DNA of 64,000 bases, taken from an uncultured Gammaproteobacteria bacterium. GTDB taxonomy: Bacteria > Pseudomonadota > Gammaproteobacteria > SZUA-229. Below, piece by piece: positions 1 through 11,176 of this stretch. The notes beneath the pieces were generated by a model. It was not told the DNA's origin, searched no databases, and worked only from the letters and a program-made list of their open reading frames with translations. The DNA lies in contig CAWECN010000011.1 in NCBI GenBank assembly GCA_963807625.1, positions 114,883 to 178,882 on the forward strand, written 5' to 3'. The first letter of the stretch is position 1; each line of letters opens with the position of its first letter. The translations under genes and the position numbers were made by a program.

Positions 1-580
1 CCTGCAAAGTTGCCACACTGGCGCCACGCCCGGCACCACTGACACCTGATTTCGCGTCGGCGATCAGGTGCTGATCGTCGACCAGCGCATTCTCGATCAG
101 TGGCAGAAAGCCGAGAGTTGTAGCTGTCGGGTAACAACCCGGGTTTGCCACTACCCTGGCAGTTTTAATCGCTGCGCGATGCATCTCAGGCAAACCATAA
201 ACAGCTTCAGCCAGTACATCGATACAGGCGTGATCCATGCCATACCACTGTTTCCAGACAGCAGCATCTTTTAACCTGAAGTCTGCCGCCAGGTCGATAA
301 TACGGACACCATTATCTAACAGCTCTGGCACCATCTTCATGGCTGTTCCGTTGGGTGTAGCAAAAAACACTACATCACATTTAGCTAGTGTATCGGCGGC
401 AGGCTCAGTGAAACATATATCGGTGAAACCGCGTAGATTAGGAAACAGGTCCGCTACCGCGATACCAGACTCGGAACGCGAGGTTACACATTGCAACGCA
501 ACCTGCGGGTGAGTAACCAGCAATCGCAATAATTCGGCACCGGTATAACCGGTACCACCAACAACACCAACCGCTAACAT
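1..580 (-). CDS. argC: N-acetyl-gamma-glutamyl-phosphate reductase, N-terminal part (runs off the window edge; missing from the ORF track)
   Basis: Manual translation of the minus strand from ATG at 580: [21 protein letters not shown]...FATPNGTAM...DLAADFRL...VANPGCYPT...[11 protein letters not shown], the ArgC Rossmann and catalytic-Cys motifs. AGGTG-like RBS upstream. Confidence 0.95.
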   Translation of the reverse strand, partial: MLAVGVVGGTGYTGAELLRLLVTHPQVALQCVTSRSESGIAVADLFPNLRGFTDICFTEPAADTLAKCDVVFFATPNGTAMKMVPELLDNGVRIIDLAADFRLKDAAVWKQWYGMDHACIDVLAEAVYGLPEMHRAAIKTARVVANPGCYPTATTLGFLPLIENALVDDQHLIADAKSGVSGAGRGASVATLQ

Positions 581-716
581 CTTTTTTCACCTACTTTTAA
601 CTTTGTACTCATTACTTCGATCAATTTATATTTCAGTTTTATTTAAAGCGCGTTATCATGCGCTGACTGTTCAGACATTCTGATAACTAATTAAGCTTAT
701 TTTAGACGGACTTCTT

Positions 717-1139
717 ATGTTATGGGTTAAAGCCTTCCATATTATTTTCATGGTTACCTGGTTTGCGGGTTTATTCTACCTGCCGCGCCTTTATGTCTAT
801 CATGCCGATGCAAATGATGATGCCAGCAAGCAGCGTTTTAAAATCATGGAAAGAAAGCTGTTTTATGGCATCACCACACCCGGCGGAATAATAACGATTA
901 TCCTGGGGTTCTGGCTCATCCACCTGATGGGATACGGTGTGCTGTCGCTTTTCTGGCTGCAGGCCAAACTGGTACTGGTCACTATATTGGTGATTTACCA
1001 CGTATATTGCGGAAAGTTACTCATCGACTTCAAACATGATAATAACCGGCACAGCCATGTCTGGTACCGCTGGTTTAACGAGTTTCCGGTATTAATCCTG
1101 ATAGCAGTCGTTCTACTGGTCGAACTACAACCGATCTAG
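717..1139 (+). CDS. hemJ: Protoporphyrinogen IX oxidase HemJ (CopD-like membrane protein)
   Basis: MLWVKAFHIIFMVTWFAGLFYLPRLYVYH...FKIMERKL...WYRWFNEFP, the HemJ signature; 140 aa with four hydrophobic segments. Confidence 0.92.
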   Translation: MLWVKAFHIIFMVTWFAGLFYLPRLYVYHADANDDASKQRFKIMERKLFYGITTPGGIITIILGFWLIHLMGYGVLSLFWLQAKLVLVTILVIYHVYCGKLLIDFKHDNNRHSHVWYRWFNEFPVLILIAVVLLVELQPI

Positions 1140-1144
1140 ACTGC

Positions 1145-1612
1145 TCAGGCAAACCTTTCCAGCTGGCTTAGTGCCTGCCTGTAAACCTTTCGTTTAAAGG
1201 CAACGATCTCTTCTACTGGTGTCCAGTAGTCAACCCAACGCCAGCAATCAAATTCAGGTTTATCGCTGCAACGCAGGTCAAAATCATTTTCACAGCCAGT
1301 CAGTCTTAGATAGAACCAGATCTGCTTCTGGCCTATACACAGTGGTTTGGAACGTCGGCGTAATAGATGCTCTGGGATACGGTAACGTAACCAGTCATCG
1401 GTCTTGCCGACTACTTCAACATGTTCGGGCAATAATCCTGTTTCTTCATGTAATTCACGATACATCGCTTCTGTCGGCGACTCATCTTTGTCGATGCCTC
1501 CCTGGGGGAACTGCCAGTTATTTTGGCCTGCTCGACGTGCCCAGAAAACCTTGCCTTCGGAATTACTCAGGATGATGCCAACGTTTGCTCTAAAACCCTT
1601 AGAATCAATCAC
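1145..1612 (-). CDS. rppH: RNA pyrophosphohydrolase (Nudix)
   Basis: [21 protein letters not shown], Nudix box [28 protein letters not shown]. Likely GTG start at 1612 (ORF track extends to 1624). Confidence 0.95.
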   Translation of the reverse strand: MIDSKGFRANVGIILSNSEGKVFWARRAGQNNWQFPQGGIDKDESPTEAMYRELHEETGLLPEHVEVVGKTDDWLRYRIPEHLLRRRSKPLCIGQKQIWFYLRLTGCENDFDLRCSDKPEFDCWRWVDYWTPVEEIVAFKRKVYRQALSQLERFA

Positions 1613-1822
1613 TTGGAGTACCATCCGGGTATGCTATACAAAAAGTAATTACACATACCACTTAATTTTTAGTTACATTGATAATAACAGACCAAGGAAA
1701 TAATTAAAGTTCAATCTTAGTAAAAAGTGACTATATAAATAATGTGAAAAATCAGTATGATATTAGAAATTTCTAATATAAAATCATCGCTATTTTAAAT
1801 CACTCTGAACTTTATCATCGCC

Positions 1823-2476
1823 ATGGCTTTAGCACTATTTGATCTGGACAATACCTTGCTGGCTGACGACAGTGACTTTCTCTGGGGCTGCTTTCTGGTC
1901 GATAAAGGGCTGGTCGATAAAACGGCCTATGATGAAGCCAATAAGCGTTTTTATGACGATTACAAGAAAGGCACCCTGGATATCTACGAATTTCTTGCCT
2001 TTTCACTAAAACCGCTAACGCAGATTCCGACAGAAAAATTGTCTGCATTACATAAAGAATTCATGCACAAGCACATCACCCCGGTAATGACAGAAAAAGG
2101 CATCGCGCAGATACAGCAGCATCGTAACAGGGGTGATATAACCGTGATAATTACCGCCACCAACCGTTTTGTCACCAAACCGATCGCCGATGCCTTCCAG
2201 GTTGATGACCTGATTGCAACAGATCCTGAGATTATCGATGGCCGATATACAGGCAAAGTAGCGGGAACGCCATGTTTTAAGGAAGGCAAGATAACCCGCC
2301 TTAAGCAGTGGCTGGAAAACACCTCTCACGATCTCGAGAACAGCACTTTTTACAGCGACTCTCACAATGACCTCTCATTACTGGAAGTCGTCACCACTCC
2401 CGTGGCTGTTGATCCTGACGATGAGTTAAAAGCAACAGCCCTGGCGAAGAACTGGGAGATAAGGAGCTTTAGATAA
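1823..2476 (+). CDS. HAD-IB family phosphatase (SerB-like / possible histidinol-phosphatase)
   Basis: LALFDLDNTL motif I, ITAT motif II, YSDSHNDLSLL motif IV; located next to rppH, as is common in Gammaproteobacteria. Confidence 0.85.
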   Translation: MALALFDLDNTLLADDSDFLWGCFLVDKGLVDKTAYDEANKRFYDDYKKGTLDIYEFLAFSLKPLTQIPTEKLSALHKEFMHKHITPVMTEKGIAQIQQHRNRGDITVIITATNRFVTKPIADAFQVDDLIATDPEIIDGRYTGKVAGTPCFKEGKITRLKQWLENTSHDLENSTFYSDSHNDLSLLEVVTTPVAVDPDDELKATALAKNWEIRSFR

Positions 2477-2517
2477 CCGCCAAGTTATCTGAGATAGAAG
2501 CGGGTCAAAGATAATAT

Positions 2518-3165
2518 TTACTGTAGCGGTTGCAACAACTGCTGAAATGCAGCGGGTTCAACATACTGCAACACTTCTTTCGAACTCGCATGAAGTGCTA
2601 TATCAAGACCTTTATCCGGGTACAGAAAATGTATCGCCCCAGCCGATTCGATGCGACTATCCGGCATGCCAAAACGCGCCACTATCACTGCTTCATCGAG
2701 ATTTACAGCAGGAATAAAGGTAAGCCCGATGATTACCTCATCGAGTACCTGTGGCATATCATCTGGGGATAAGGTGTATTTTTTTGCCTTACCGGTCGCC
2801 ATATATACAGACTTAACGGCACTCTCACGCCAGCGATTTAAATCCTGCTCATCAATATCTGTCTGCAATATCAGCTTCCCCGAAAGTAGCCCTGCCTTAT
2901 AGTGGCCATAATACATCTCGAGGCTCCCTGTTTCCTCGGTAGCAGTGATGATGGCAAGTTCCATATCATCACCCAGGATTTCGATGGCATCAGACAACCG
3001 ACTGCGACCGATATGCAGGCCAAAAACCTTTATGGAACCATCAGTATTCATCTCGATCTGCCAGGGTAGCCCGGTCAACGTTTCAGGCTTTTCAGACTGA
3101 TCCAGAAAAGGGTATGCGGCAAGAAGCACAGCCAGCAGAAAGAACAGTGCAAAAAATATCTTCAT
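2518..3165 (-). CDS. Hypothetical protein with N-terminal membrane anchor/signal
   Basis: 215-aa ORF starting MKIFFALFFLLAVLLAAYPF; co-directional with and 20 nt downstream of dcd. No motif recognised. Confidence 0.7.
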   Translation of the reverse strand: MKIFFALFFLLAVLLAAYPFLDQSEKPETLTGLPWQIEMNTDGSIKVFGLHIGRSRLSDAIEILGDDMELAIITATEETGSLEMYYGHYKAGLLSGKLILQTDIDEQDLNRWRESAVKSVYMATGKAKKYTLSPDDMPQVLDEVIIGLTFIPAVNLDEAVIVARFGMPDSRIESAGAIHFLYPDKGLDIALHASSKEVLQYVEPAAFQQLLQPLQ

Positions 3166-3184
3166 TTTTGAAAAAGCGTCAGAT

Positions 3185-3751
3185 TCAGGCCTTTGGTAAG
3201 GTCACACCCTGCTGACCCTGGTACTTACCACCACGATCGGCATAAGAGGTCTCACAGACTTCATCAGACTCGAAGAACAACATCTGTGCCACGCCCTCAT
3301 TTGCGTAAATCTTTGCTGGCAGCGGCGTGGTGTTAGAGAATTCGAGTGTTACATGTCCTTCCCATTCTGGCTCCAGTGGTGTCACATTTACGATGATCCC
3401 GCAGCGAGCGTAGGTCGATTTACCCAGGCAGATAGTTAAAACATTCCTTGGAATTTTGAAATTCTCTACCGTACGGGCCAGTGCAAATGAGTTTGGCGGG
3501 ATAATGCAGACATCACCGGTGAAATCGACAAAACTGTGCTCAGAGAAGTTTTTAGGATCAACCACAGCAGAATTGATATTGGTGAAAATCTTGAAATGGT
3601 CTGAACAACGCACATCATAACCATAACTGGAAGTACCGTAAGAGATGAGTCGGTCACCAGCTTCATTGGTTTTCACCTGCCCTGGCTCGAACGGCTCGAT
3701 CATACCTTTTTCAGATTCACGACGGATCCACTTATCAGATTTTATACTCAC
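3185..3751 (-). CDS. dcd: dCTP deaminase
   Basis: [59 protein letters not shown]. Confidence 0.97.
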   Translation of the reverse strand: MSIKSDKWIRRESEKGMIEPFEPGQVKTNEAGDRLISYGTSSYGYDVRCSDHFKIFTNINSAVVDPKNFSEHSFVDFTGDVCIIPPNSFALARTVENFKIPRNVLTICLGKSTYARCGIIVNVTPLEPEWEGHVTLEFSNTTPLPAKIYANEGVAQMLFFESDEVCETSYADRGGKYQGQQGVTLPKA

Positions 3752-3836
3752 TATTTACCCCGGATTTTGAGACACATAAAAACGCAGGGAATTGTATCAG
3801 ACTACGCCACGACTGGCGAAAATTAGAATCAGGCTT

Positions 3837-5813
3837 TTAATGCTTATTCACCCAGACCGGTGGCATCGGGCAGTCCAGGCAGCTGGCGATAGCACGTGTA
3901 AGCTCATAAGCTTTTATCGTCACTTCACCATCATGCGATATACAGGCGACACATGCCTGCAAGAACCGCTTTTTGATCGGCGGTTTTAAAAACTCCAGTT
4001 CATCTATCGCCTCATTCAGACTATCCAGTGATATCGCGTCTTTCGGTAACAGTGTTAATGCCACCGCGCTTATCGAACGTTTGGCGTTATCAAACGCCTG
4101 CAATGCCTGTTGTGAATCGGCGTGTTCAAGATATGCCAGTAAAGACAGCATCAGTTCACTGGCATGTTTTGCTGAACCCAGCACGAAATATTTTGCCAGC
4201 GGTTTCTTACGATGACCGTATTGCTCATCCAGGTGCTGCAGCACGACCCGCTGGATGATCCATTCCCGAAGGTCTACTTTTTTGTCCGCGCTGATCAACT
4301 GCTGCACACACTGTTTGAATCGTTGGTACTGCTCCACGGTCATCTCCCTGAGCGTGGGCAATGTGAGATCGATCAGTGGCAAAGTTTGCGTATCTGCCAG
4401 CTCAGCTACAGCATGCTGTACCTGCCTCACGTTACTGGTATGTAGCTCGCCGATCACTTCGTTTAAAACCTCGTATTGCCGGCTATTGACCTGGTCTTCT
4501 TCAGCTAACAGTAACGCCAGTATTAAAGCCTGCGCACCATAAGGGTTCTCCGCATTGGAGATAACCTGCTCAGGCATTTGTTTGTGCCATAATTGTGCAG
4601 CGCGAACCTGCTCCGTGGTGACCTCACCTATATTGTCTAATGCGTTCAACGCATCATTGATGGCAACATCCATATTTGCACCGAGGCCAACACCGGCTAC
4701 TACACTCGCAGCAATGTCCTTTTTACGACTACGCTCAGCTTCTTTCTTATTGCTATCATCACTGTCACGATAAGCCTTTCTTTCATCAAGAATATATTTA
4801 CCATCCCATCCTGGCTGGATACGCAGGATGCGCTGCTTTAAGGGCGGATGGGTAGAAAAAGAAAACAGGTTAAAAGTGGTATCTCCCAGGGCGAAATATG
4901 CGTGGCTGTATTCATCGACAGAAGCCGCGAGGATGGCTGATCCGGGGATGGCTCCGCCAATTTTTTTCAGCGCATCGGCGATACCTTCACTGCTACGGGT
5001 AAACTGCACTGCCGATGCGTCGGCCAGAAATTCGCGTTGCCGGCTGATAAGCGATTTGATCCAGTTACCAAAGAATGTACCGGTATAACCCACCACTGCC
5101 AGCGCGCCACCGATAGCAACGATTAACAATATGGCCTGGCCGCCGCCTTTACTATTGCGTGAGGTACGGACATAGCGTAGCGAACGCAAGATCATCCGGC
5201 CCAGCATGCCGATCATCAATATACCATGCAGCACAGCTATGAGACGTATATTTAACCGCATATCACCATTGAAGATATGGCTGAACTCGTGCGCGATAAC
5301 GCCCTGCAGTTCATCACGGTTTAATCGCTCTAATGCACCTTGGGTAATACCGATAACTGCATTGGTGGTTTTCCAGCCAGCCGCAAACGCATTGATTCCC
5401 TGCTCGTTTAATATGTAGACCTGCGGTACCGGTGTACCGGAAGCGATCGCCATCTCTTCGACGACATTCAATATTTTTTTATGCAACGGATTACTGCTGC
5501 TGCGCGGGATGATGACACCACCCAGGTGTTGCGCGATCGCAGAACCACCTGAAGAGAGCTGTACCAGCTTGTATAAACTACCTAGTGTTATGAATCCGAT
5601 AATCGCTGCGCAGAGCAGTATACTCAGGTTGCTATCGTATACCTGTTCGAGTTCGTCAAGTGACAAAGTCAGTGCAGAAAATTGCACGAAGTACATGAAC
5701 TCGAAAACGATAACATTACTCAGCGCCAGCAGAGCCATGACGGCCAGAACAAACAACAGCACTAACAGGCTGGTACTACGCCTCGCCGAATCCTGTGCTT
5801 CGAAGAAATTCAT
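3837..5813 (-). CDS. M48 (HtpX/Ste24-like) zinc metallopeptidase with C-terminal extension
   Basis: MNFFEAQDSARR start, NVVEEMAIASG, INAFAAG, ELQGVIAHEFSHI (HExxH), SRQREFLADASAVQFTR, THPPL; directly downstream of lemA. Confidence 0.9.
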   Translation of the reverse strand: MNFFEAQDSARRSTSLLVLLFVLAVMALLALSNVIVFEFMYFVQFSALTLSLDELEQVYDSNLSILLCAAIIGFITLGSLYKLVQLSSGGSAIAQHLGGVIIPRSSSNPLHKKILNVVEEMAIASGTPVPQVYILNEQGINAFAAGWKTTNAVIGITQGALERLNRDELQGVIAHEFSHIFNGDMRLNIRLIAVLHGILMIGMLGRMILRSLRYVRTSRNSKGGGQAILLIVAIGGALAVVGYTGTFFGNWIKSLISRQREFLADASAVQFTRSSEGIADALKKIGGAIPGSAILAASVDEYSHAYFALGDTTFNLFSFSTHPPLKQRILRIQPGWDGKYILDERKAYRDSDDSNKKEAERSRKKDIAASVVAGVGLGANMDVAINDALNALDNIGEVTTEQVRAAQLWHKQMPEQVISNAENPYGAQALILALLLAEEDQVNSRQYEVLNEVIGELHTSNVRQVQHAVAELADTQTLPLIDLTLPTLREMTVEQYQRFKQCVQQLISADKKVDLREWIIQRVVLQHLDEQYGHRKKPLAKYFVLGSAKHASELMLSLLAYLEHADSQQALQAFDNAKRSISAVALTLLPKDAISLDSLNEAIDELEFLKPPIKKRFLQACVACISHDGEVTIKAYELTRAIASCLDCPMPPVWVNKH

Positions 5814-5831
5814 AGATAAAAATATTGCCCA

Positions 5832-5856
5832 TCATCTCGATCAGCGGGAGAGATGA
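5832..5856. repeat. REP-like palindromic unit, single copy
   Basis: TCATCTCGATCAGCGGGAGAGATGA; self-complementary ends (TCATCTC/GAGATGA); matches the arms at 41480-41546 with one mismatch over 21 nt. Confidence 0.65.
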
Positions 5857-5870
5857 CAGTTATATTCTGA

Positions 5871-6467
5871 TTAAAACGAAACCTTTGGCACAGCCTGAAT
5901 CTCAGCGCTATCTTCAAACTCGAGCAGGCTGGCATCAACAGCATGTCCAAAAGAAGCGGCAAAAAAGTTCTGCGGGAATGACTGCTTGTAGGTATTGTAC
6001 TGCATGACACTGTCATTGAATGACTGCCTGGCGAATGCGACCCGGTTTTCGGTGCTAGTCAACTCCTCACTCAGCTGCATCATGTTCTCATTCGCCTTCA
6101 AATCAGGATAATCTTCCATCACCATATTGAAACGACTTAACGCACCGGCAAGCTGGCCTTCAGCCTGCGCCAACGTACCCATCACATTGGCATCACCCGG
6201 ATTATTTTTGGCTGCTTCCAGACCGCTAGATGCAGCATTACGTGCACTGATCACTGCATCCAGTGTCTCACGCTCATGCTTCATGTAACCTTTGGCTGTC
6301 TCGATTAAATTCGGGATCAGATCATAACGGCGTTTCAACTGCACCTCGATCTGCGCGAAAGCGTTTTTATAACGGTTTCTGAGTGATACCAGCTGGTTAA
6401 AGATACTGATGACATAAAAGATGGCAAGGCCGATTATGACTAAGGTGACGATTGTTGAAGTTCCCAT
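5871..6467 (-). CDS. lemA: LemA family protein
   Basis: N-terminal TM helix, [45 protein letters not shown]. Confidence 0.95.
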   Translation of the reverse strand: MGTSTIVTLVIIGLAIFYVISIFNQLVSLRNRYKNAFAQIEVQLKRRYDLIPNLIETAKGYMKHERETLDAVISARNAASSGLEAAKNNPGDANVMGTLAQAEGQLAGALSRFNMVMEDYPDLKANENMMQLSEELTSTENRVAFARQSFNDSVMQYNTYKQSFPQNFFAASFGHAVDASLLEFEDSAEIQAVPKVSF

Positions 6468-6539
6468 TATTTACTCCTGTTAACTCTTGCAGCGTTTAAC
6501 GATAAAGCTAACTATAGTTTATTTTCCTGCAGCCGTAAC

Positions 6540-6818
6540 TCAGGAACCTTTTTCTGCCTGCAGAGCTTTTTCAGATATCGTTTTATATAACTCCATCACC
6601 TGTGTCGCTAGCGCCTGATACTCGGGATGCCTGTCTATTAAAGGTATCGCCTTCCTGGCATCGACTATCGAATTTTCCAGAAAATCCAGATCCTCATCGA
6701 AAAGAGATTCACCTGCATCAACCTTTTTTTCTATATCCAGCAATCTTGGGAGCCGTTGCTTTTCCAGTCTTTCCAGGAGAACTTCGATAAGTCCGGTATC
6801 CGATATCTCATTACTCAT
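6540..6818 (-). CDS. Hypothetical protein (92 aa)
   Basis: RBS GGAG upstream; helical acidic sequence LLERLEKQRLPRLL...; co-directional with lemA. Confidence 0.7.
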   Translation of the reverse strand: MSNEISDTGLIEVLLERLEKQRLPRLLDIEKKVDAGESLFDEDLDFLENSIVDARKAIPLIDRHPEYQALATQVMELYKTISEKALQAEKGS

Positions 6819-6944
6819 AATTAACTCCTGTTGTTATTTTAGAATGTCAGAGATATTAAGAATTAATCGCTGGCAACTCATTGATAAACTTTCGTGATAC
6901 GATAACTGCCTGACAAATAATACCAGAATTTACGAGATAGATAG

Positions 6945-7505
6945 ATGAACAACCCTTTTCAAGATCAGTTGCTTAAAGCTGGACTGGTAACCAAGAAGCA
7001 GGTCCAAAAAGCAAATCAGGATAAAAACAGGAACAGGAAAAAACAGCAGCATTCCAAAAAAGTAAAGGTCGTCGATGAAACCAGGCTCAAAGCACAACAG
7101 GTCGCTGAAGAAAAAGCAAAACGCGACCGCGAACTGAACAAGAAAAAAGAAGAACAGGCACGACAGAAAGCGATATCCATCGAGATCAATCAACTCATCG
7201 AAAATAATTGTCTGGCCAGAGATGATAACTGTGAAATCGTATACAACTTCGAACACAACAATAAAATAAAACGTGTTTACGTCAACCCAGAGATGAAGCA
7301 GCAGATCGTGAAAGGCTCATTAGGCATCGCACGCATAGAGGGAAGATATGAGCTTGTTCCCAGGTCAATCGCAGAAAAGATACAGCAGCGTAATGCTAAA
7401 CGTATCGTTATTTTCAGTGAAGAGAAAAACCCGGCTACTCAAAAAGAGGCCAAGGAAAACGATCCTTATTCAGAATACGAGATACCTGATGATCTTATTT
7501 GGTAA
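6945..7505 (+). CDS. DUF2058 (YaiL-like) family protein
   Basis: NPFQDQLLKAGLV start, basic coiled region, YNF...IKRVYV, ends DPYSEYEIPDDLIW. Confidence 0.85.
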   Translation: MNNPFQDQLLKAGLVTKKQVQKANQDKNRNRKKQQHSKKVKVVDETRLKAQQVAEEKAKRDRELNKKKEEQARQKAISIEINQLIENNCLARDDNCEIVYNFEHNNKIKRVYVNPEMKQQIVKGSLGIARIEGRYELVPRSIAEKIQQRNAKRIVIFSEEKNPATQKEAKENDPYSEYEIPDDLIW

Positions 7506-7549
7506 CGATACACCCATTTATAACCAGTTCGGTCATTTATCGTAAGCAC

Positions 7550-7578
7550 AAAAAAAGCAGTCCGAAGACTGCTCTTTT
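7550..7578. terminator. Bidirectional intrinsic terminator between convergent DUF2058 gene and apbC
   Basis: A-run, AGCAGTC-CGAA-GACTGCT, then CTTTT. Confidence 0.8.
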
Positions 7579-7601
7579 ATAACCCACGTTCGAGATTCAG
7601 A

Positions 7602-8702
7602 TCAGTTGTTCTGAATAACGATATTAGGGAATTTCGCTGAGTAATCCTTCGCTTTAAGCGAAAGTTTCGCAGCTGTACGACGCGCGATGTCACGATAGAT
7701 CATAGACGCTTTACTGTCTGGATCATCTGCCACAGATGGGTGACCCTCATCAGCATTGATACGGATATCAATAGAAAGCGGCAATGCACCAAGAAAATCA
7801 ACATTGTGCATATCGCACATCTTCTCACCACCGCCCTGACCAAAGATATGTTCTGCATGACCACATTCAGAACAGATATGGATACTCATATTCTCAACTA
7901 CACCTAGAACAGGCACTTCGACCTTCTCGAACATCTTCAGACCTTTACGTGCGTCTAATAATGCGATGTCCTGTGGTGTTGTTACGATGACTGCACCACT
8001 GACCGGTACCTTCTGTGCCAGTGTTAACTGCACATCACCGGTACCAGGTGGCAAGTCGATGATCAGGTAATCCAGTGATTTCCAGCGGGTATCACGCAGC
8101 AGCTGCTCTAATGCCTGGGTAACCATAGGGCCACGCCAGATCATCGGGGTTTCTTCATCGATCATGAAACCGATAGACATCGCCTGCAGACCGTGACCAC
8201 CCATTGGTTCCAGAGACTTACCGTCTGATGATTCTGGTTTGCCTTCGATACCTAACATACGAGGAATACTTGGACCGTAGATATCCGCGTCCAGCACACC
8301 TACGCGTGCACCTTCTTTCTGCAGTGCCAGCGCTAGGTTTACCGCGGTGGTAGATTTACCTACGCCGCCTTTACCCGATGCCACAGCGATGACGTTCTTA
8401 ATGCCTTCGAGTGGGTTCATGCCTCCCTGTACGGTATGACTACCGATCTCCCATGTAGCATCGACTTCGGCCGAAGCAACACCATCGACTGCTTCGATCT
8501 TTTCTTTTAGATCGGCAGATAATTTATCGACAAAACCATAAGCAGGATAACCGAGTACGATGGTAACTTTGACGTTGTCACCATCGATGGCGATATCTTT
8601 TACCACGCCCGCGGTGACTGGATCTTTTTCAAGATACGGATCGATATATTGTTTAAGGGCTGCTTCAACTTGTTCTTTTGTAACGCTCATGGCGAACTCC
8701 AA
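7602..8702 (-). CDS. apbC: Fe-S cluster carrier ApbC/Mrp
   Basis: VASGKGGVGKST, LDADIYGPS, WRGPMV, DLPPGTGD, ENMSIHICSECGH; divergent from metG. Confidence 0.95.
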   Translation of the reverse strand: MEFAMSVTKEQVEAALKQYIDPYLEKDPVTAGVVKDIAIDGDNVKVTIVLGYPAYGFVDKLSADLKEKIEAVDGVASAEVDATWEIGSHTVQGGMNPLEGIKNVIAVASGKGGVGKSTTAVNLALALQKEGARVGVLDADIYGPSIPRMLGIEGKPESSDGKSLEPMGGHGLQAMSIGFMIDEETPMIWRGPMVTQALEQLLRDTRWKSLDYLIIDLPPGTGDVQLTLAQKVPVSGAVIVTTPQDIALLDARKGLKMFEKVEVPVLGVVENMSIHICSECGHAEHIFGQGGGEKMCDMHNVDFLGALPLSIDIRINADEGHPSVADDPDSKASMIYRDIARRTAAKLSLKAKDYSAKFPNIVIQNN

Positions 8703-9005
8703 ATCGGTTTGATAACTGGTCTGCCATTAAAAACAGGCACACCGTATATCTATCTCTAAAAAAATGATGGCGCATTTTACAGTAATAAGGGTCTGATTAA
8801 ACCTTAACTTTTCAGGGGAGGATATTTAACGTTACCCTAACCCATAAGAGGTATCATATGTTCGAAGTGACTACTATGGGGGCAATATCACAGATTTCAA
8901 TAGTAAGTATGCCAACCGCTATAGGTCAGGGTTTTTAGTGCATTAAACACGGCAAAATGCTAAATTGTGCGCCCTTTTACAGCGTAGCAAGCAAAGCCAT
9001 ACATC

Positions 9006-11042
9006 ATGACGTCTAAACGCAATATTCTGGTCACCAGTGCACTACCCTATGCCAATGGCCCCATCCATCTAGGGCACCTGGTCGAATATATCCAGACCGA
9101 TATCTGGGCACGCTTCCAGCGTCTACGCGACAATACCTGTTATTACGTGTGTGCCGATGATGCCCACGGCACACCGATCATGTTGCGTGCCCGCCAGGAT
9201 GGCATCACACCGGAAGAACTTATAGCAGCTGTCCAGAAAGAACATGAAGCCGACTTTTCTGATTTTCTCATCGGTTTTGATAATTACTACAGTACGCATT
9301 CTGATGAGAACAGGCACTTTGCATCCAGCATCTATCTGAAACTACGTGAAGACGGCCATATCCGCACGGAGACCATCAAACAGGCTTATGACCCAGAAGC
9401 TGAGATGTTTCTACCTGACCGTTTTATCAAAGGTAGCTGCCCCAAATGTGGCTCCGAAGATCAATACGGCGACAACTGTGAGGTCTGTGGTGCGACCTAT
9501 GATCCGACCGAGCTGAAAAACCCGGTATCAGCTGTCAGTGGTGCTACGCCAATCGAAAAAGATTCTGAACAATACTTTTTCAAACTCAGTGACTTCTCCG
9601 ACATGCTGCAGCAGTGGCTAAAAGCCGGCCACGTACAGTCTGAAGTTGCAAATAAACTGGAAGAATGGTTTGAAGAAGGCCTGAAGGACTGGGATATCTC
9701 GCGTAACGCCCCCTACTGGGGATTCGAGATACCCGATGCACCAGGAAAGTATTTTTATGTGTGGCTGGACGCGCCAATTGGATACATGGCGAGTTTTAAA
9801 AACTTCTGCGACAAGCAGGGCATCAGCTTCGATGATTACTGGGCCGCTGACAGTAAAAACGAGCTCTACCATTTTATCGGTAAAGACATCGCTCGCTTCC
9901 ACACCCTGTTCTGGCCGGCGGTTTTAGATGGCTCCGGTTATCGCAAACCGACGGCTGTATTCTGTCATGGTTTCCTTACCGTGAATGGTCAGAAGATGTC
10001 GAAATCACGTGGCACCTTTATCAAGGCTCGCACTTATCTCGATAACCTGAATCCCGAATACCTGCGTTATTACTACACCGCCAAACTATCGTCTGGTGTC
10101 GATGATATCGACCTGAACCTGGAAGACTTCATGCAGCGCGTTAACTCTGACCTGGTCGGAAAAGTAGTCAACATCGCCAGCCGTTGTGCCGGATTTATCA
10201 CCAAAAAATTTGACGGCCAGTTGTCTGCCGAATTACCAGAGACTGAGCTATACAATGATATGGTCGCAGCCGGTGAGCAGATCGCGGAACACTACGAGAA
10301 CCGTGAATACAATAAAGCCGTGCGCGAGATCATGGCACAGGCAGATAAAGCCAACGTCTATATCGATGAGAACAAACCCTGGGTACTGATAAAAGAAGAA
10401 GGCCGTGAAGACGAGGTGCAAAAAATTTGCACACAGGGTCTTAACATGTTCCGCCTGCTGATGACCTGGTTAAAACCTATCCTGCCGGCTACCGCCGAAA
10501 AATCGGAAGCCTTCTTAAACACTGAATTTAGATGGGCAAGCATCGCGCAACCGCTGCTCTCTCACCAGATAAACAAATTCAAACCTTTGCTTACACGCAT
10601 AGAAAAAGAGCAGATCGAAGCCATGACCCATGACTCAATAGAAGATACCGCCATTAATGCCACCGCTGTCGAAGCAGAGTCACTGAGCGGGCCACTGGCG
10701 GATGACCCGATTGCCGAGCAGATCAACTTTGAGGACTTCGCAAAGATCGACCTTCGCATCGCTAAAATAGTGAAAGCCGAACATGTCGAAGGTGCCGATA
10801 AATTGCTGCAACTCACCCTTGATCTGGGTGGTCAGTCACGGAATATTTTTGCTGGCATCAAGTCGGCCTACACACCTGAAGACCTGGAAGGAAAACTCAC
10901 CGTGATGGTGGCCAACCTGGCGCCGCGAAAGATGCGTTTTGGCATATCTGAAGGCATGGTGCTCGCAGCCGGTCCTGGCGGTAAAGAGCTGTTCATCCTT
11001 AATCCAGATGACGGCGCCATCCCTGGTATGAAAGTTAAATAA
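9006..11042 (+). CDS. metG: Methionine--tRNA ligase
   Basis: [12 protein letters not shown] (HIGH), Zn knuckles, KMSKS, C-terminal tRNA-binding domain [12 protein letters not shown]. Confidence 0.98.
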   Translation: MTSKRNILVTSALPYANGPIHLGHLVEYIQTDIWARFQRLRDNTCYYVCADDAHGTPIMLRARQDGITPEELIAAVQKEHEADFSDFLIGFDNYYSTHSDENRHFASSIYLKLREDGHIRTETIKQAYDPEAEMFLPDRFIKGSCPKCGSEDQYGDNCEVCGATYDPTELKNPVSAVSGATPIEKDSEQYFFKLSDFSDMLQQWLKAGHVQSEVANKLEEWFEEGLKDWDISRNAPYWGFEIPDAPGKYFYVWLDAPIGYMASFKNFCDKQGISFDDYWAADSKNELYHFIGKDIARFHTLFWPAVLDGSGYRKPTAVFCHGFLTVNGQKMSKSRGTFIKARTYLDNLNPEYLRYYYTAKLSSGVDDIDLNLEDFMQRVNSDLVGKVVNIASRCAGFITKKFDGQLSAELPETELYNDMVAAGEQIAEHYENREYNKAVREIMAQADKANVYIDENKPWVLIKEEGREDEVQKICTQGLNMFRLLMTWLKPILPATAEKSEAFLNTEFRWASIAQPLLSHQINKFKPLLTRIEKEQIEAMTHDSIEDTAINATAVEAESLSGPLADDPIAEQINFEDFAKIDLRIAKIVKAEHVEGADKLLQLTLDLGGQSRNIFAGIKSAYTPEDLEGKLTVMVANLAPRKMRFGISEGMVLAAGPGGKELFILNPDDGAIPGMKVK

Positions 11043-11176
11043 TCTAAAACCTCTTCCAAACTGGACTGATTATAAGTTAATAATAAATCACACAATTTTT
11101 CCGTATATCTGCAATAAGTAACAGCTTGTCATATATACTAATATCTAATTACTTGACTCTATTATACTAATGGTCA

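Noticed and set aside
68-512. Plus-strand ORFs 68-274 and 237-512
   Set aside because: They are antisense to argC, which is clearly encoded on the minus strand.
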